64,000 nt of DNA from Mobula birostris (GCF_030028105.1 NC_092396.1:3286001-3350000); one strand, 5' to 3'; counted from the first letter of the stretch, positions 11,922-26,445 are shown. Numbers and translations are program-made. Notes: a model not told the origin generated them from the letters alone.

Positions 11922-12031
11922 GGCCTGGAACGTTGACTGATCGTTTCCACGGATGCTGCCCGACCTGCTGAGTTCCTCCAACTTGTTGTGAGTGTTGGTT
12001 TGACCCCAGAATCTGCAGAATATTTTGTGTT
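11922..12031 (+). mobile_element. Short Penelope-like insertion with 12-bp target-site duplication
   Basis: TAAGCAAGTTCT at 11910-11921 and 12032-12043. Confidence 0.75.
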
Positions 12032-15000
12032 TAAGCAAGTTCTTCACTGGCATTTCCAACAGCTATTGTCTCTTCCTAATTGACCTCGATGAGGAAGCAG
12101 TCAAGAATCAATTAGTGCAGTGACAGGCTAGATCAGGAAAGGGTGACATTGGTGATCTTTACTGTATTTATTTATTTTTATTTAGAAATACAACGCAAAA
12201 TAGGTCCTTCTAGCACTTCCAGCACGCAGCCAGCAACCCACCGATTTAACCCGAGCCTAATCACGGGACAATTTACAATGACCAATTAACGTACTACCTG
12301 ACATGCCTTTGGACTGGGGGAGGAGACCAGGACAGCTGGCGAGGACATATAAATGCCTTACCAAGGATGCCAAGACTGAATTTGCACAAATTATCTTCTT
12401 TTGCTCATTGGTTGTTTGTCAGTCTTTGTTAAGATTCGAGATTCATGTTCACCTGTCACTTGTACATCGAAACATACAGTGAAGTGCATCATTTACGTTA
12501 ACAATCAACACATCCGAGGTTATTCTAAGGGCAGCCCGCACGTGTCACCATATACTCTGGCACCACATAGCCTACCCGCAATGCTTGGCCTTGTATACAG
12601 TTTTTCATAAATTCTATTGTATTTCTTTATTTTCCTGTAGATGCCCACAAGAATATGAATCTCAAGGTAGTTTATGGTAACATAGGTACTTTGATAATAA
12701 ATCATACTTTGACTTTGACTAGACATCGTCCATTGAAATAACATCAGTCCCTGAAATTATAATGGGAATTTGGGAATTTTGTTTTCCTTTCCGAGATGCT
12801 GTTTCCATGCCTGGTCACTCCGGAGAAGGTGATGAGGAACATTCTTTCTGGGCTCACAGGAAGCGGTTTGATTCTACTCGAGCAGCGTGGTAGCATGGCG
12901 GTTAGCGTAACATTATCACAGCAGCAGTGAGCTGGATTCAATTCCTGCCGTTGTCCGTGAGGAGTTTGTACGTTCTCTCTGTGACCGCATGGGTTTCCTC
13001 CCACATTCCAGAAAGTCATGTGGCTTACGATTAGTAAGTTGGGGACATGCTATATTGGTGCCGGAACCGTGGTGACACTTTTGGGCTGCCGTCAGCACAA
13101 CCTCAGACTGTGTTGGTCGTTGATGCAGCGTATTTCACCCTGTGTTCCGATGTACATGCGACAGATAAAGCTAATCTTTAAATCTTGACATGCCTCCTTC
13201 CCTTCCTCAGCAGGGTAGTCACAAACCCATCCTGTAATTAATAGAAAACTGCGCAGTACGACTCCTGTGTTTGATAGTTCTTTTTTATTAGCTCTGGGAA
13301 GCTTAAATCTCCATAACGTTGTCTTGTTGACTATAAATTAGGTGCTCGGTTTCCTCCCACATTCCAAAGATGTACAGGTTCGCAGGTTAATTGGTCACAT
13401 GCGTGTAATTGAGCAATGCAGGCTCTTTGGGCTGGAAGGACCTGTTATGGTGCTGAATCTCTAAATAAAAATAAAATTAAAAGCTCAGCAGCTGCAGTTC
13501 AGATAAAAGGGAAGTTTAAAGAGTCGGCCACGCTACTCCAGGTGCAGAGACAGACACAGACCAGACTGGGTGAGGATGTTCCAGTGAACCAGAGAGGTGT
13601 TTACAGCAGAATGGTAGTTCTATCCCTGTTTTCACCGATTATGGCTCTAAATTCTGGCTAGTTAATTCCTTGAATTTAATCTCCCCATCTGTTCTGGTGG
13701 GTCACATCTCTCTGGATGATTTCATGAGACTTCTGGATAGACAGCAACCTACATGCTAGCTAGCACGAACCCTTCAAGAACACTGCCATCTTCCACAGTC
13801 ACATCCAAATGAGGTGCTGGAGATCAGGCAGCATCTGTGGAGGGAAATTAACCCACACGTCATCAAGCTTCAGGCCATGCCTCTCAGGAACTTGTGCTAA
13901 TCTTATCTTTCTGACTGCACTATATGTGCTTTTGTAACTATTCTGCATCAGCTGTGTGTGACTGTTGGTACTGTGTTTTGTACCTTGGCCCCAGAGAGAC
14001 GATATTTCGTTTGGCTGTACACACGTGCATGGTTGAACGACAATTAAACTTGAACTTGACAGTCGACGTTTCAGGTAGACATTCTTCATCTGGACCCGAA
14101 GCATCAACTGTCCCTTTCCATCCACGGAAGTTGCCTGACTGTTTGAGTTCCTCCATTGTCTGGTCTTCATCTTATTAAGCCCATCGCCCCTGCTGGGGTA
14201 TAAGCCACCAACAACAGCTCACTAGAGACCTCTGTCCTGGGCTGAAGGCTGATCGGTCCTGTGGCTTCTGCTCTCACCACACAACTTCACACGTCTTCTA
14301 GGCGAAGATCCTTCGTTTCTCAGGGATGAGGTCTTTAGAGCTTCACCTGACGTTTCTGTAGCTCTGGGTCTCTACATGATGAAGCTGCTAGCTCCACGGG
14401 TCAACCCTCCTCCTTTCACAGCCGGGCTTGGGGCTCTCCATGGCGGTATGGAACAGGCTCTTGCACCCCAATCTGCCGCCCCACCCCGTAGCCCCCACGT
14501 TAAACCCGAGCCTAATCACAGGACAACTTACAGTGACCAATTAACCTGTGAACCCATCTGCCTTTGGACTGTGGGGGGAAGCCAGAGCACCTGGAGGAAA
14601 CTCACGTGCACATGGGAGGAAGAACACACAGGGGCTGTTGGAACTGAACTCCTTCTGTTACACACACAAATTCCTAGAGGAACTCAGCAAGTCAGGACAG
14701 TATACATTTGGAACGAGCTGCAGAAACCAAAGTCCAAAGGTCAAAATAAATTTATGATCAAAGTACATATGATTTGTCACCATATACAGTGCTGGGATTC
14801 AGACACGGTATATCCAAGGAACACAACAGAATCAGTGAAAGACCACACCCAACAGGATGGACGAACCAACCAAAGACAAAAGACAATAAATTGTAGAAAA
14901 AAAACATAATAATAGTAATAATAATAATAGATAAGCAACACATATTGAGAATGTGAGATGAAGAATACATGAAAGTGAGCCCATAAGTTGTAGGAACAGT

Positions 15001-15050
15001 TCAGTGTTGAGGCGAGTGAGGTTATCCCCTCCAGTTCAAGAGCCTGATGC

Positions 15051-15467
15051 TTGAGGGGTAATAACTGTTCCTGAACCTGGTGGTGTGGGTCCTGAGGTTC
15101 CCGTACCTCCTACCTGATGGTTGAGGAGTAATAACTGTTCCTGAACCTGGTGGTGTGGGCCCTGAGGCACCCGTACCTCCTGCCTGATGTTTGAGGGGTA
15201 ATAACTGTTCCTGAACCTGGTGGTGTGGGCCCTGAGGCACCCGTACCTCCTGCCTGATGTTTGAGGGGTAATAACTGTTCCTGAACCTGGTGGTGTGGGC
15301 CCTGAGGCACCCGTGCCTCCTGCCTGATGTTTGAGGGGTAATAACTGTTCCTGAACCTGGTGGTGTGGGTCCTGAGGCACTCGTACCTCCTGCCTGATGG
15401 TTGAGGGGTGATAACTGTTCCTGAACCTGGTGGTGTGGGCCCTGAGGCACCCGTACCTCCTGCCTGA
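15051..15467. repeat. 70-bp minisatellite, 6 copies, inside a Rex/Babar element (14730-15610, minus)
   Basis: Units start at 15051, 15121, 15191, 15261, 15331, 15401. Confidence 0.95.
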
Positions 15468-16784
15468 CAATGGCAGCAGTGAGAAGAGAGCATGGCCTGG
15501 GTGATGGAGATCCTTGATGATGGATGCTGTGCTCCTGTGACAATGCTTTATATAGATGTCTTCAATGGTGGGGAGGGCTTTACCCATGATGGATTGGGCC
15601 TAATCCAATGCTTTAGTAAAAATAGTGATGGAGGTGGGCACATGAGCAACATATAAAAAAGCCATTTTGATAAGTACATAGATCGGAGAGGTTTAGAGGG
15701 CTATGGGCCAAACATGGACAAATGGGACTGGGTCACTGGGCAACACAATCAACCTGGATGAAGGGCCTATTTCACTGCTGTATGACTCTGGCTCTCAGCA
15801 AAGCCAAGAGCAATGCTAACAAAAACATAAACTTGACTCAGCTATGGGGCCAGGATCCAACTTTCCTTCCTGGAAGAGAAGATTCCCTAAGGGTTGATAA
15901 TTAGCATGTGACACACAGCCAATGTACGGTTCAGAACCACTCAGTTTGGAAATGGGACGGGGTCACATTTAGGAAGTAAGTATTAAGACATACATATGTT
16001 AGTGATAATAAAGCTGATTCAATTCTCAATTCCACATTTCAGCCCGAGCCCCATAAACCTATTTCCCCAAACTATATCTTGGATGAGTCCCCCAAGGTTG
16101 CTGGCATGGGAAGATGGAGAACTTGGGATAAAAATCGGAAAGTTACTCATCTAAAACTATAATTGACTTTGTATTCAGCAGGAGATCTGTACTTAATATC
16201 ATCCACCACACTCACTCGACTTTTCTCAAAGAAGGAAGCAGGTTGAAGTACATCCCCTGCTCACTTCTTCCTCTCCTTCTGTGCCGCTGTTATCAGACTA
16301 TGGATAACCAGTTGGGCTCTTGACCTCACAATCTACCTCATTATGATCTTGCATTTCACTGTCTGCCTGCGCTGCACTTTCTCTGAACTGAACACTTTAT
16401 TCCGCATTCTTACACACAAGAGACTCTGCAGACGCTGGAAATCCAGAGCAACACACACAAAATGCTGCAGGAACTTGGCAGGTCAGGCCCATCACCTGGT
16501 CCCGCCTATGATCAGTCACCCTCCTGACTCATTCCTCCCTCATACCTCTTTATACCGGTTATTTCTCCTCTACATTTTGCATAATTACTATAGTTTCTGG
16601 GCAGCCCGGAGTGTAACCGTTCAATTACCGGCACTGCCTATAAGGAGTCTGTACTTTCTCCCCATGACCACGTGAGTTTCCTCCCACATTCCGCAGACGT
16701 GTGTCAGTAGATCAACTGGTCACGTGGATGTCATTGGGTCATGTGAGTCCATTAGGCCTGTTGCCACGTTTTATCTCTAAATAA

Positions 16785-17285
16785 TCTACAGATGTACGGT
16801 GGAGAGCGTCCTGGCTGGTTGCATCCCCGTCTGGTGTGCAGGGGCCAAGGCACAGGATCGAAAAGACCGCAGAGGGTTGAATACTCATCCAGATCCTTAT
16901 GAGCACTGGCCTTTCCAGCATCAAGGACTTTTTCAAGAAGCAGCGTCTCAAGAAGGCAGCATCCGTCATGAAGCTCCCTCAATATCACATGTCCTCTTCT
17001 CCCAGGAGGAGTTACAGCTCATTGTTACTACCAGGAGGAGTTACAGGAGACAGGAGCCTAAAGGTACACTCAATGTTTCTGAAACAGCTTCTTCCCCTCT
17101 GCTATCGAATTTCTGGATGGACAATGAATCAGCCCATAAACATCTGCTTCTTATTGCTTTTTGTACTCTTTATTTATCTTTTACAATAGATAGTAACTTT
17201 ATATCATTGCAGTGCACAGTTGCCACAAAAAGACACAATTTATGTCATATAATATAATCTAGTGGTAATAAACTGGATGCTGACG
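16785..17285 (+). mobile_element. Rex1/Babar LINE 3' fragment
   Basis: YRCTVESVLAGCIPVW remnant and tail. Confidence 0.75.
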
Positions 17286-17319
17286 TCCTCAGAATCACAA
17301 CGTCAACCATCCTCTACCT

Positions 17320-17399
17320 CAGGGGTTCCCAACCTTTTGTATGCTCTAGAGCCTTACCACTAACCAAGGGGTATGTAGACCACAGGCTGAGAACCCCTG
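17320..17399. mobile_element. ~80-bp hAT-like MITE
   Basis: Terminal inverted repeats CAGGGGTTCCCAACC / GGCTGAGAACCCCTG; relatives at ~32430-32474, 38503-38579 and 51725-51789. Confidence 0.65.
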
Positions 17400-17948
17400 T
17401 TACCTTATCAGACACCGAGAACCCCTGGTACCTTATCAGACCCTGGGAATCCCTGTTACCTTATCAGACACCGAGAACCCCTGTTACCTTATCAGACACC
17501 GGGAACCCCTGGTACCTTATCAGACACCGGCAACCCCAGTACCTTATCAGACACCGGCAACCCCTGTTACCTTATCAGACACCGGGAACCCCTGGTACCT
17601 TATCAGACACCGGGAATCCCTGTTACCTTATCAGACACCGGGAACTCCTGTTACCTTATCAGACACCGGGAACCCCTGTTACCTTATCAGACACCGGGAA
17701 CCCCTGTAACCTTATCAGACACCGGGAACCCCTGTTACCTTATCAGACACCGGGAACCCCTGTAACCTTATCAGACACCGGGAACCCCTGTTACCTTATC
17801 AGACACCAGGAATCCCTGTTACCTTATCAGACACCAGGAACCCCTGTAACCTTAACAGACACCTGGAACCCCTGGTACCCTATCAGACACTGGGAACCTC
17901 TGTTACCTTATCAGACACCGGGAACCCCTGTTACCTTATCAGACACTG
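17389..17948. repeat. 28-bp minisatellite, ~20 copies (GGGAACCCCTGTTACCTTATCAGACACC)
   Basis: Direct tandem array, period 28. Confidence 0.95.
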
Positions 17949-19434
17949 TTTGACTCAATCAGCCTCTCCAGCAGTTTGTTTTTTTCTTGTTTCTGATTCC
18001 TGTGTCTGCTGTACGGAGTCTCGAGAGTGATCACCATCACTCATCACTGTTCTAAAGGGATGTCCTTCTATTCTGAGACTGTGCCCTCTGATCCTAGACT
18101 CACCCACTATTGGAAACATCCTCTCTATGTCCTCTCTTCCTGCTGCTAACATCGGGAAGAAGGTACAGGAGCCTCAGGTCCCACCTCAGCAGGTTCAGGA
18201 GCAGTTATTACCCCTCAGCCATCAGGCTCTGAACCAGTGTGGATAACTTCACACTCAAAAATGATTTCACAACCTATTGACTACAGTATTATTTATCCAA
18301 CTATCTTCTTATGTATTAATTTATTTATTATTACTTGATTCTTTTTGTATTTGTGCAATATGTCAGTCTCTGTGTGTAGTTTCTCATTGATTCTAGTGTC
18401 TTCCTTTGTTCTACTGTGAATGCCTGCAAGAAAATGAATCTCAGGGTAGTATTTGGTGACATAAACGTTCTTTGTTAATGAACTCACTTTGAACTCTCTA
18501 TCTAGGCCTTTCAGTATTTACAGTCATGAGTTTTAGTTAGATCCCTCCTTACTGTTCGAAACTCCAGCAAGTACAGGCCCAGAGCCATCAAGTGCTCCTC
18601 CAGCCCAAAGGAACTGGTAAACTAAACACCACTCAGCCTCAGGTGAAGAAACATTGGAAGTAATTTTATTCACTATAAAGGAAGTTGGGAAAGCGAAACA
18701 AACCAACTGTTATTACAGCATTCAACTTCACTTCTGAACTCATGCCAAGATGGGTTCCTGATTATTCTACATTCACACCAACCTTGATAGCTGCTTGTTA
18801 ACGCAGATATCTGATCTGCCAACCACATGGCAGACATGGTCAAGAGGGTCAGTTGTTGTTCAAACCAGACATCAGAATGGGGAAGAAATGTGATCTCACT
18901 GACTTTGACTGTGGAATGATTGTTGGTGCCAGACAGGGTGGTTTGAGTATCTCAGAAACTGATGAACTCCTGGGATTTTCATTCACACAGTTTCTAGAGA
19001 GCTTACAGAGAATGGTGCAAAAAATGACAAAAAAAAATCCAGTGAGCAGCAGGTCTGCTGGTGAAAATGCCTTGTTAATGAGAGAGGTCAGAGGAGAATG
19101 GTCAGACTGGTTCACAGACAGGAAGGTGACAGTAACTAATTACAACCGTGCAGAAGATCATCTCTGGATGCACAACATGTTGAACCTTTCAGTGGATGGG
19201 CTACAACAGCAGAGGAGATGAACAAACACTCAGTATCAGCTTCATTTGGTACAGGAGGTATCTAATATATTGCTCATTAGTGTATGGCACGACCACTTTC
19301 TTCATATAAATTCAAAACTCCTTACTGCCCCTGAGGTATGTTTCCTCAATGTAAGAATTATCAGATATTGAAATACAAACTTTAGTCAGCTTTCAGCAAA
19401 GTATTCTGTCAACTACAACTTACACAGCACAGCA

Positions 19435-20150
19435 GCGGAAATTGTGAGCAGCTTCAAACTCCTGGGAGTGTACATCGTACACTACCTCCCATGCTCCGAG
19501 AACACATCCTACACAGTCAAGAAAGCTCACCAGTGCCTCTACTTTCTGAGAAGGCTGAAGAGAGCCAGACTTTGCACATCTATACTCACGTCATTCTACA
19601 GATCTGCAGTGGAGAGCATCCTAACATGCTGCATCACTGCATGGTACAGGATCTGCACTGCGGCGGACAGGAACGGTAGTCAAAACTTTCCAGGTGCATT
19701 GTTGGCAACAGTCTATTTGCCATCAAGGACATACTGTATATACAGAAAGATGCTGGAAAAGGGCCAGTAACATCATGAATTCCCACCCACCCTGCTCAAG
19801 GACTGTTTGTCCCACTCCCATCAGGGAGGAGGCTACGTAGCATCCACACCAGGACCACCAGACTCAAAAACAGTTACTTTCCCCAAGCAGTAGGGCTGAT
19901 CAACACCTCCACCCACTAACCCACCACTACTTTATTATTTCCCATTAGTCACCTTATGTACAGCCTAATGTCACATGATGGACATACAATTAATCTATGT
20001 ATATAAACTATCTGATGTAATTATATTTACTGTGTGCTTTTTAAAAGTATTATTATTATCTTATTGTGGTTCTTTTTGGCTGCATCAGATCATGAGTAAA
20101 AATTATTTCATTGTTCTTTACACTTGTGTACTGAACATGACATTAAACAT
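19435..20150 (+). mobile_element. Rex1/Babar LINE 3' fragment
   Basis: SSFKLLGVYI...KKAHQCLYFLRRLK...FYRSAVESILTCCITAWY (ORF 19444..19770). Confidence 0.85.
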
Positions 20151-22104
20151 TTTAGCCACCTGTGACAATAAATTCCGCAGATTCACCACCCCCTGGCTAA
20201 AGAAATTTTATTTTGTTTTATTTAGAGATACAGTACAGCCCAGAACAGGTCATTCCAGCCCAATGAGCCACACCACCAGCGACCCACCAATTTAACCCTT
20301 GTCTAATCACAGGACAATTTACAATGACCGGTCAACCTACTAACTAGCATGTCTTTGGAGTGTGGGAGGAAACTGAAACACCTGGAGGAAAGTCATACAT
20401 TCACATGGAGGATGTACAAACTCCTAACACATGATTTTAGAACTAAACTCTGAATTCTGGAATGCCCCTGAGCTGTAATATTGTTGCACTAACCCCTACT
20501 CCCATTTGAGTATCTCAAAAACTGCTCATCTCCTGGGATTTTTGTATACAACACTCTCTAGAGTTTATGGAGAATGATGCAAAAAGCAAAAAACATCCCG
20601 AGAGCAGCAGCTCTGTGGGTTAAAATGCCTGATAAACGAGAGAGGTCAGAGGAGAATGGCCAGACTGGTTCAAGCTGACAGGAAGGTGACAGTAACTCAA
20701 ATAACCACACGTTATGACAGTGGTGCGCAGAAGAGCATCTCTGAATGGAGAACACGTTGAACCTTGAAGCTGATGGGCTGCAGCAGCAGAAGACACTCTG
20801 GGTTCCACCCCTGGTCACTGAGTGTACCTGTGTACCTTCATGCTTATAGCCTCTAACTAGAAGGAATATTGAGGGTATTATGACTCAGTCTGCTGAATTG
20901 CAGTCTCTAACAAATATAAATTATTGGGACAAAATCTTATAAATGCTTTAAAAAGTCATTAATTCAGAAAAGCAATATTCTTAAACTGAATCTGCCACAG
21001 TAATAAATTCTCTATAAACCCTTTTCTCTAACTCTGAAGAAGAAACTAGTGTAGCTTTAGTTCACAAATTCAGTTCATGAAAATATATTTGAAAAAAAAC
21101 AATAAAAAGCACTTGTTCAAACTAAGTTTCAGGAATTTATTTTCCAATTCTTTCAAAGATCTTTAGGAAAAATCATATTCCCAATCAGCAAGTGGAAATC
21201 TGTTGTTTCTAATCAACACCTCCACCCACTAACCCACCCCTCCACACCCCCAACCACCACTACTTTATCATTTCCTGTCAGAGTCCCCTTATGTACAGAG
21301 ACTCCTGTGCTCAGCACCACTTTGTGGACATACAATCAATTTAGGTATATAAACTATCTTATGGATTTATATTTATTGTGTTTTGTGACAGTCTTATGAT
21401 CTTATGGTCTTATGGTGAGGACAGAAAATTATTTTCTTCTCCTTCACACTTATGTTCTGGAAATGACATTAAACAATCTTGTATCTTGATTCTAAATCAG
21501 CTGACCTGCATTTATATACAATTCTAAATTAACTGAAAAATGCTGTTGAAATTTTCATGAGATGAAAGATACAGACAGCAACTGAAAAGATGAAGGAAAT
21601 CTTGCTACTCTGTAATATAGATACTTTGTAATAACCACTATTGTTTCCAAAACTATTTTATCCGTTACAAGTTTCAGCTGGTGAGAATATCTTTAAGAGG
21701 AAAGACACTGAATGTTTCAATTGAACCATCAAGTACTTATACTGAGAAATTCAATTACACATGTAGCTTCAAATGTTTCTTTTATCGTTGATACAAGAAT
21801 TGTCCATCTTTAATTGTCTTTGATCTAATTGGCCTAATACGCCATTTCACAGATATTACTATTTGGCAAAATGTATTTTTCAATTACGTAAAAGGCTGCA
21901 GTCCAGAGATATACCAAAGGTTGGCCTCTATAAACCAGAATCAAGTTACAAAACATATTGTAAACAGTTCTGAAGTATAGAGATTGCCTCATTTGGCCAT
22001 ACAGTGATGGTGCTCTGGAATGGTTTCTCTATGTTCAGCAGCAGTCAGAATACTAGGATTAACATATGGAGATGTGGTCGGAGAGGCCAAGATGAACTAA
22101 CTGC

Positions 22105-25100
22105 AAGGGTAAAAAGAGCCTGATGGGAGTTATATACAGACCTCTAAACAGTCGCCAGGATGTCAGCTACAAATCACAACAAGAGGTAGAAAATGCATGT
22201 TAAAAGGGCAACTTTACAATAGTTATGGAGGATTTCAATATCCTAGTAGATTGGGAAAATCAGGTTGATGCTGACTTTGGATCCCAATAGAGAGAATTTG
22301 TAGAATGTCCACGAGATTGTTTTTCGGAGCAACTTCTGGTTGAGCCCACTAGAGGATCAAGTATACAGGACTGGGTGTTGTGTAACAAACCAGATTTGAT
22401 TAGGGAGCTCAAGGTAAAGGAACCCTAGGGGACAGTGATCATAATATGACAGAATTCACCCTGTAATTTGAGTGGGAGAAGCTAAAGTCAAGTGTATCAG
22501 TATTATGGTGGAGTAAAGGGAATTACAGAGCACAGGAGAGGAGCTGGACAAAGTTGATTGGAAGGGGTCACTAGCAAGGATGACAGCAGTACAGCAATGG
22601 CTGGAATTTCTGGGAACAATTTCAAAGGCATTGGATAGATATATCTCAAAGAAGAAGAAGTATTCGAAAGGCAGGATGACACAACCATGGTTGACAAGGG
22701 AAGTCAAAACCAACATAAAAGCAAAAGAGAGTACATATAATAGAGCAAAAGTTAGCGGGAAGTTAGAGGATTGGGAGGCTTTAAAACACCAACAGAAAGC
22801 AACTAAAAAGCCACACAGAGGGAACAGATGAACTATGAAGGTAAGCTAACCAAAAATATCAAAACGGATACCAAATGTTTTTTGTATATAAAGAATAAAA
22901 GAAATGAGAGTGAATATCAGACCACTGGAAAATGACACTAGAGAGGTTATAATGGGGGAATAAAGAAATGGTAGATGAACTGAACAAATGGTTCAAATCA
23001 GTCTTTACTCTGGAAGACACTAGCAATATTCCAGAGATTTGAGAGTGCCAGGGGCTGGGGAGAAGGTGTTTGGGAAATTGAAAAGTCTGAATGTAGAGGA
23101 GTCACCTGGACAAGATGACCTACACCCCAGGGTTCTGAAAGAAGTATCTGAAGAAATTGTGGAGGCATTAATAATGACTTTTCAGGAATCTGTAGATTCT
23201 GGAATGGTTCTAGCGACATCATAGGAGTGGGTGCGTGAAAGCAGTATAATAGTGAGCGTTCATCTCAGTTACTTTCCTTGTGACCACAAGGTCCTGTTAG
23301 ACATTGTCAATGTGGAGTGCCGCAAGTCTGATTCATTGATTTATTGGTGGTTGGTGGGGAAGCTGCATGGCCTTGGTCATCGAAAGGACTAGGCCTCAAG
23401 CAGAGTAATGCTGTTTCATTTGGCTGTGTTTGTGCGGACTCATGTATGGGTAAATGATCGTTGAACTTAAACACGACTGGTACATTGCAAATGACACTTC
23501 ACTCTTCAAGAAGGGCGAGAGGCAGAAGAAAGAAATTATAGGCTAGTGAGCCTGACCCCAGTGGTTGGGAAGTCTGTTAAGGATGAGGTTTTGAGGTACC
23601 TGGCAGCACATGATAAAATAGGTAAAAGTCAGCATGGGTTTCCAACAAATTTGTTGGAATGCTTTGAGGAAATAACAAGCAGACAAAGGAGAATCAATAG
23701 ATCTTCTTGCATACTGGAATTTTCAGAACCCCTGTGACAAGGTGCCGCACATGAGGCTGCTTAACAAGTTAAAAGCTAATGGAACTACTGGAAAAATTCT
23801 AGCATGGACAGAGCATTGGCTGATTAGCAAAAGGCAAAGAGTGGGAATAAGGGGAGCCTTTTCTGATGGGCTGGCAGTGACCAGTGATCTGTGTTGGGAT
23901 TACTTCATTTTCCATTGTATGTCAATGATTTAGATAACAGAATTGATGATTTTTGTGGCCAGGTTTGTGGACGATATGAAGATAGGTGGAGGGGCAGCTA
24001 GCGTTATGGAAGCAGAGAGGCTTCAGAAGGACGTAGACAGATTAGCAGAATGGGCAAAGATGTGGCAGATGGATACAGCGTCAGGATGAGGAAGACCATG
24101 CACTTTGGTAGAAGGAATAAAAGCACAGGTTATTTTCTAAACAAGGACACATTTAAAAAAATCCAAGGTACGAAGAATCCTACATCTTGTGTAGGATTCC
24201 CTAAACTGTAACTTGCAGGTTGAGTCAGTGGCAAGGAAGGCAAATGCAATGTTAATATTCATTTTGAGAGAACTAGCACATAAAAACAAGGATATAATGC
24301 TGAGGCTTTATAAGTCACTGGTGAGGCCTCACTTGTAGTATTTTGATCAATTTTGGGCCCCTTATTTAAGTAAGGATGTGCTTACATTGGAGAGAGTTCA
24401 AAGGGATTTCAGAAAAATTACTCCAGGAAAGAAAGCCTTATCATATAAGGAGCACTTGATGGCTCTGGGTCTGTACTCAGTGAAATTTAGAAGAATGAGG
24501 GGGGAATCTCATTGAAACCTATCAAATATCGAAAGGCCTAGATATAGTGAGGATGTTTCCTACAGTGGGTGAGTCTAGGACCAGAGGGCACAACTTTAGA
24601 ATAGAGGGGCATCCATTTAGAAAGTAAATGAGGAGAAATCAAATGTGTAGGATCATTGTGGATAGAGCTAAGGAACTGCAAGGGTAAAAAGACCCTGATG
24701 GGAGTTGTAAGCAAATCCCCAAACAGTAGTATGGATGTGATCTACAATTTACAATGGAAGATAGAAAATGCATGCCAAAAGGGCAATGTTACAATAGCCA
24801 TGGGAAACTTCAATATTCAGGAAGATTGGGAAACTCAGGTTGGTGCTGGATTTCCAGGAGGGAAATTTCTAGAGTACCTACGAGATGGCTTTTTAGAAAA
24901 CCCCACTAGGGGATCAGCTATTCTGGATTGGGTGTTATACAATGAACCAGAATTGATTAGAGAGCTTAAGGTAAAATAATCCTTCAGGGCAGGTGATCAT
25001 ATGAAAAAAAATCACCCTGAAATTTGAGAAGGAGAAGCTAAAGTCATATGTATCAATGTTAGAGTGGAGTAAAGGGAATTACAGAGCCATGAGAGAGGAG

Positions 25101-26445
25101 TTGGCCAGAATTGATTGGAAAAGAACACTGGCAGGGAAGATGGCAGAGCAACAATGGATGGAATTTCTGGAAGCAATTCGGAAGGCACATGATATATACA
25201 TCCCAAAGAAGAAGCAGCATTCTGAAGGTAAGATGACACAACTGTGGCTAACAAGAGAAGTTAAAACCAACATAAAAGCCAAAGGGAAGGAATATAATAG
25301 AGCAAAAACTAGTGGGAAGTTAGAGGATTGGGAAGCTTTTAAAAACCAACAGAGGGTAACTAAAAACAGTCATTAGAACGGTAAAAGTGGAATATGAAAG
25401 TAAGCTAGCCAGTAATGATAAAGAGGATACCAAAAGATTACTGTACACCCCAGGGTTCTGAAAGAGGTGGCTGAAGAGATTGTGGAGGCATTAGTAATGA
25501 TCTTTCAAGAATCACTAGATTCTGGAATAGCTCCGGAAGACTGGAAAATTGCAAATGTCACTCTTCAAGAAGGGAGAGAAGCAGAAGAAAGGAAACCATA
25601 GGCCAGTTAGTCTGACTTCAGTCGTTGGGAAGATGTTGGAAACGATTATTAAGGGTGAGGTCTCAGGGTACTTGGAGGCACATGATAAAATAAGTTGTAG
25701 TCAGCATGGTTTCCTCAAGGGAAAATCTTGCCTGACAAATCTACTGGAATTCTTTGAAGAAATAATAAGCAGGATGGACAAAGGAGAATCAGTTGATGTT
25801 GTGTAGTTGGATTTTCAGGCCTTTGACAAGTTGCCGTTCATGAGGCTGCTTAACAAGCTCTATGAGCCCATGGTATTACAGGAAAGATTCTAGCATGGAA
25901 TAAGCAGTGGCTGATTGGCATTAGGCAAAGAGTGGGAATAAAGGGAACCTTTTCCTGGTTGGCTGCCGGTGATTAGAGGCGTTTGACTGGGGTCTGTGTT
26001 GGGACCGATTATTTTTACATTGTATGTCAATGATTTGGATGACAGAACAGACGGCTTTGTTGCAAAGTTTGCAGCTGAGTATGAAGATAGGCTGAGGAGC
26101 AGTTAGCTTTGAGGAAGTAGATAAGCTGCAGAAGGACTTAGAGAGATTAGGAGAATGGACTATAGTGTCGGGAAGTGTATGATCATGCACTTTGGTAGAA
26201 GAAATGGAAGCATTGACTATTTTCTAAATGGAAAGAAAATACAAAAAAAAACTAAGGTGCAAGGGGACTTGGGAGTCCTTGTGCAGGATTCTCTAAAGGT
26301 TAATTTGCAGGTTGAGTCTGTGGTGAGGAAGGCAAATGGGATGTTAGCATTCATTTCAAGAGGACTAGAATGTAAAAGCGAAGGTGTAATGTTGAGACTT
26401 TATAAAGCACTGTGAGGCCTCACTTGAAGTTTTGGACCCCTTATC
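22105..26445 (+). mobile_element. Two head-to-tail decayed CR1 LINE ORF2 copies (22105-24638 and 24640-26445)
   Basis: Endonuclease (PTRGSAILDWVL), RT (RPVSLTSVVGK, QHGFLKGKSCLTNLLEFFE) and C-terminal remnants with many stops; the first copy is interrupted at ~23213-23473. Confidence 0.9.

Noticed and set aside
17389-17948. CRISPR-like appearance of the 28-, 37- and 70-bp arrays
   Set aside because: Units are contiguous with no unique spacers, there are no cas genes, and the DNA is eukaryotic.
18853-19221. 122-aa HTH-like ORF as a host gene
   Set aside because: It is the N-terminal remnant of a Tc1-like transposase present four times in the window, with no catalytic domain.
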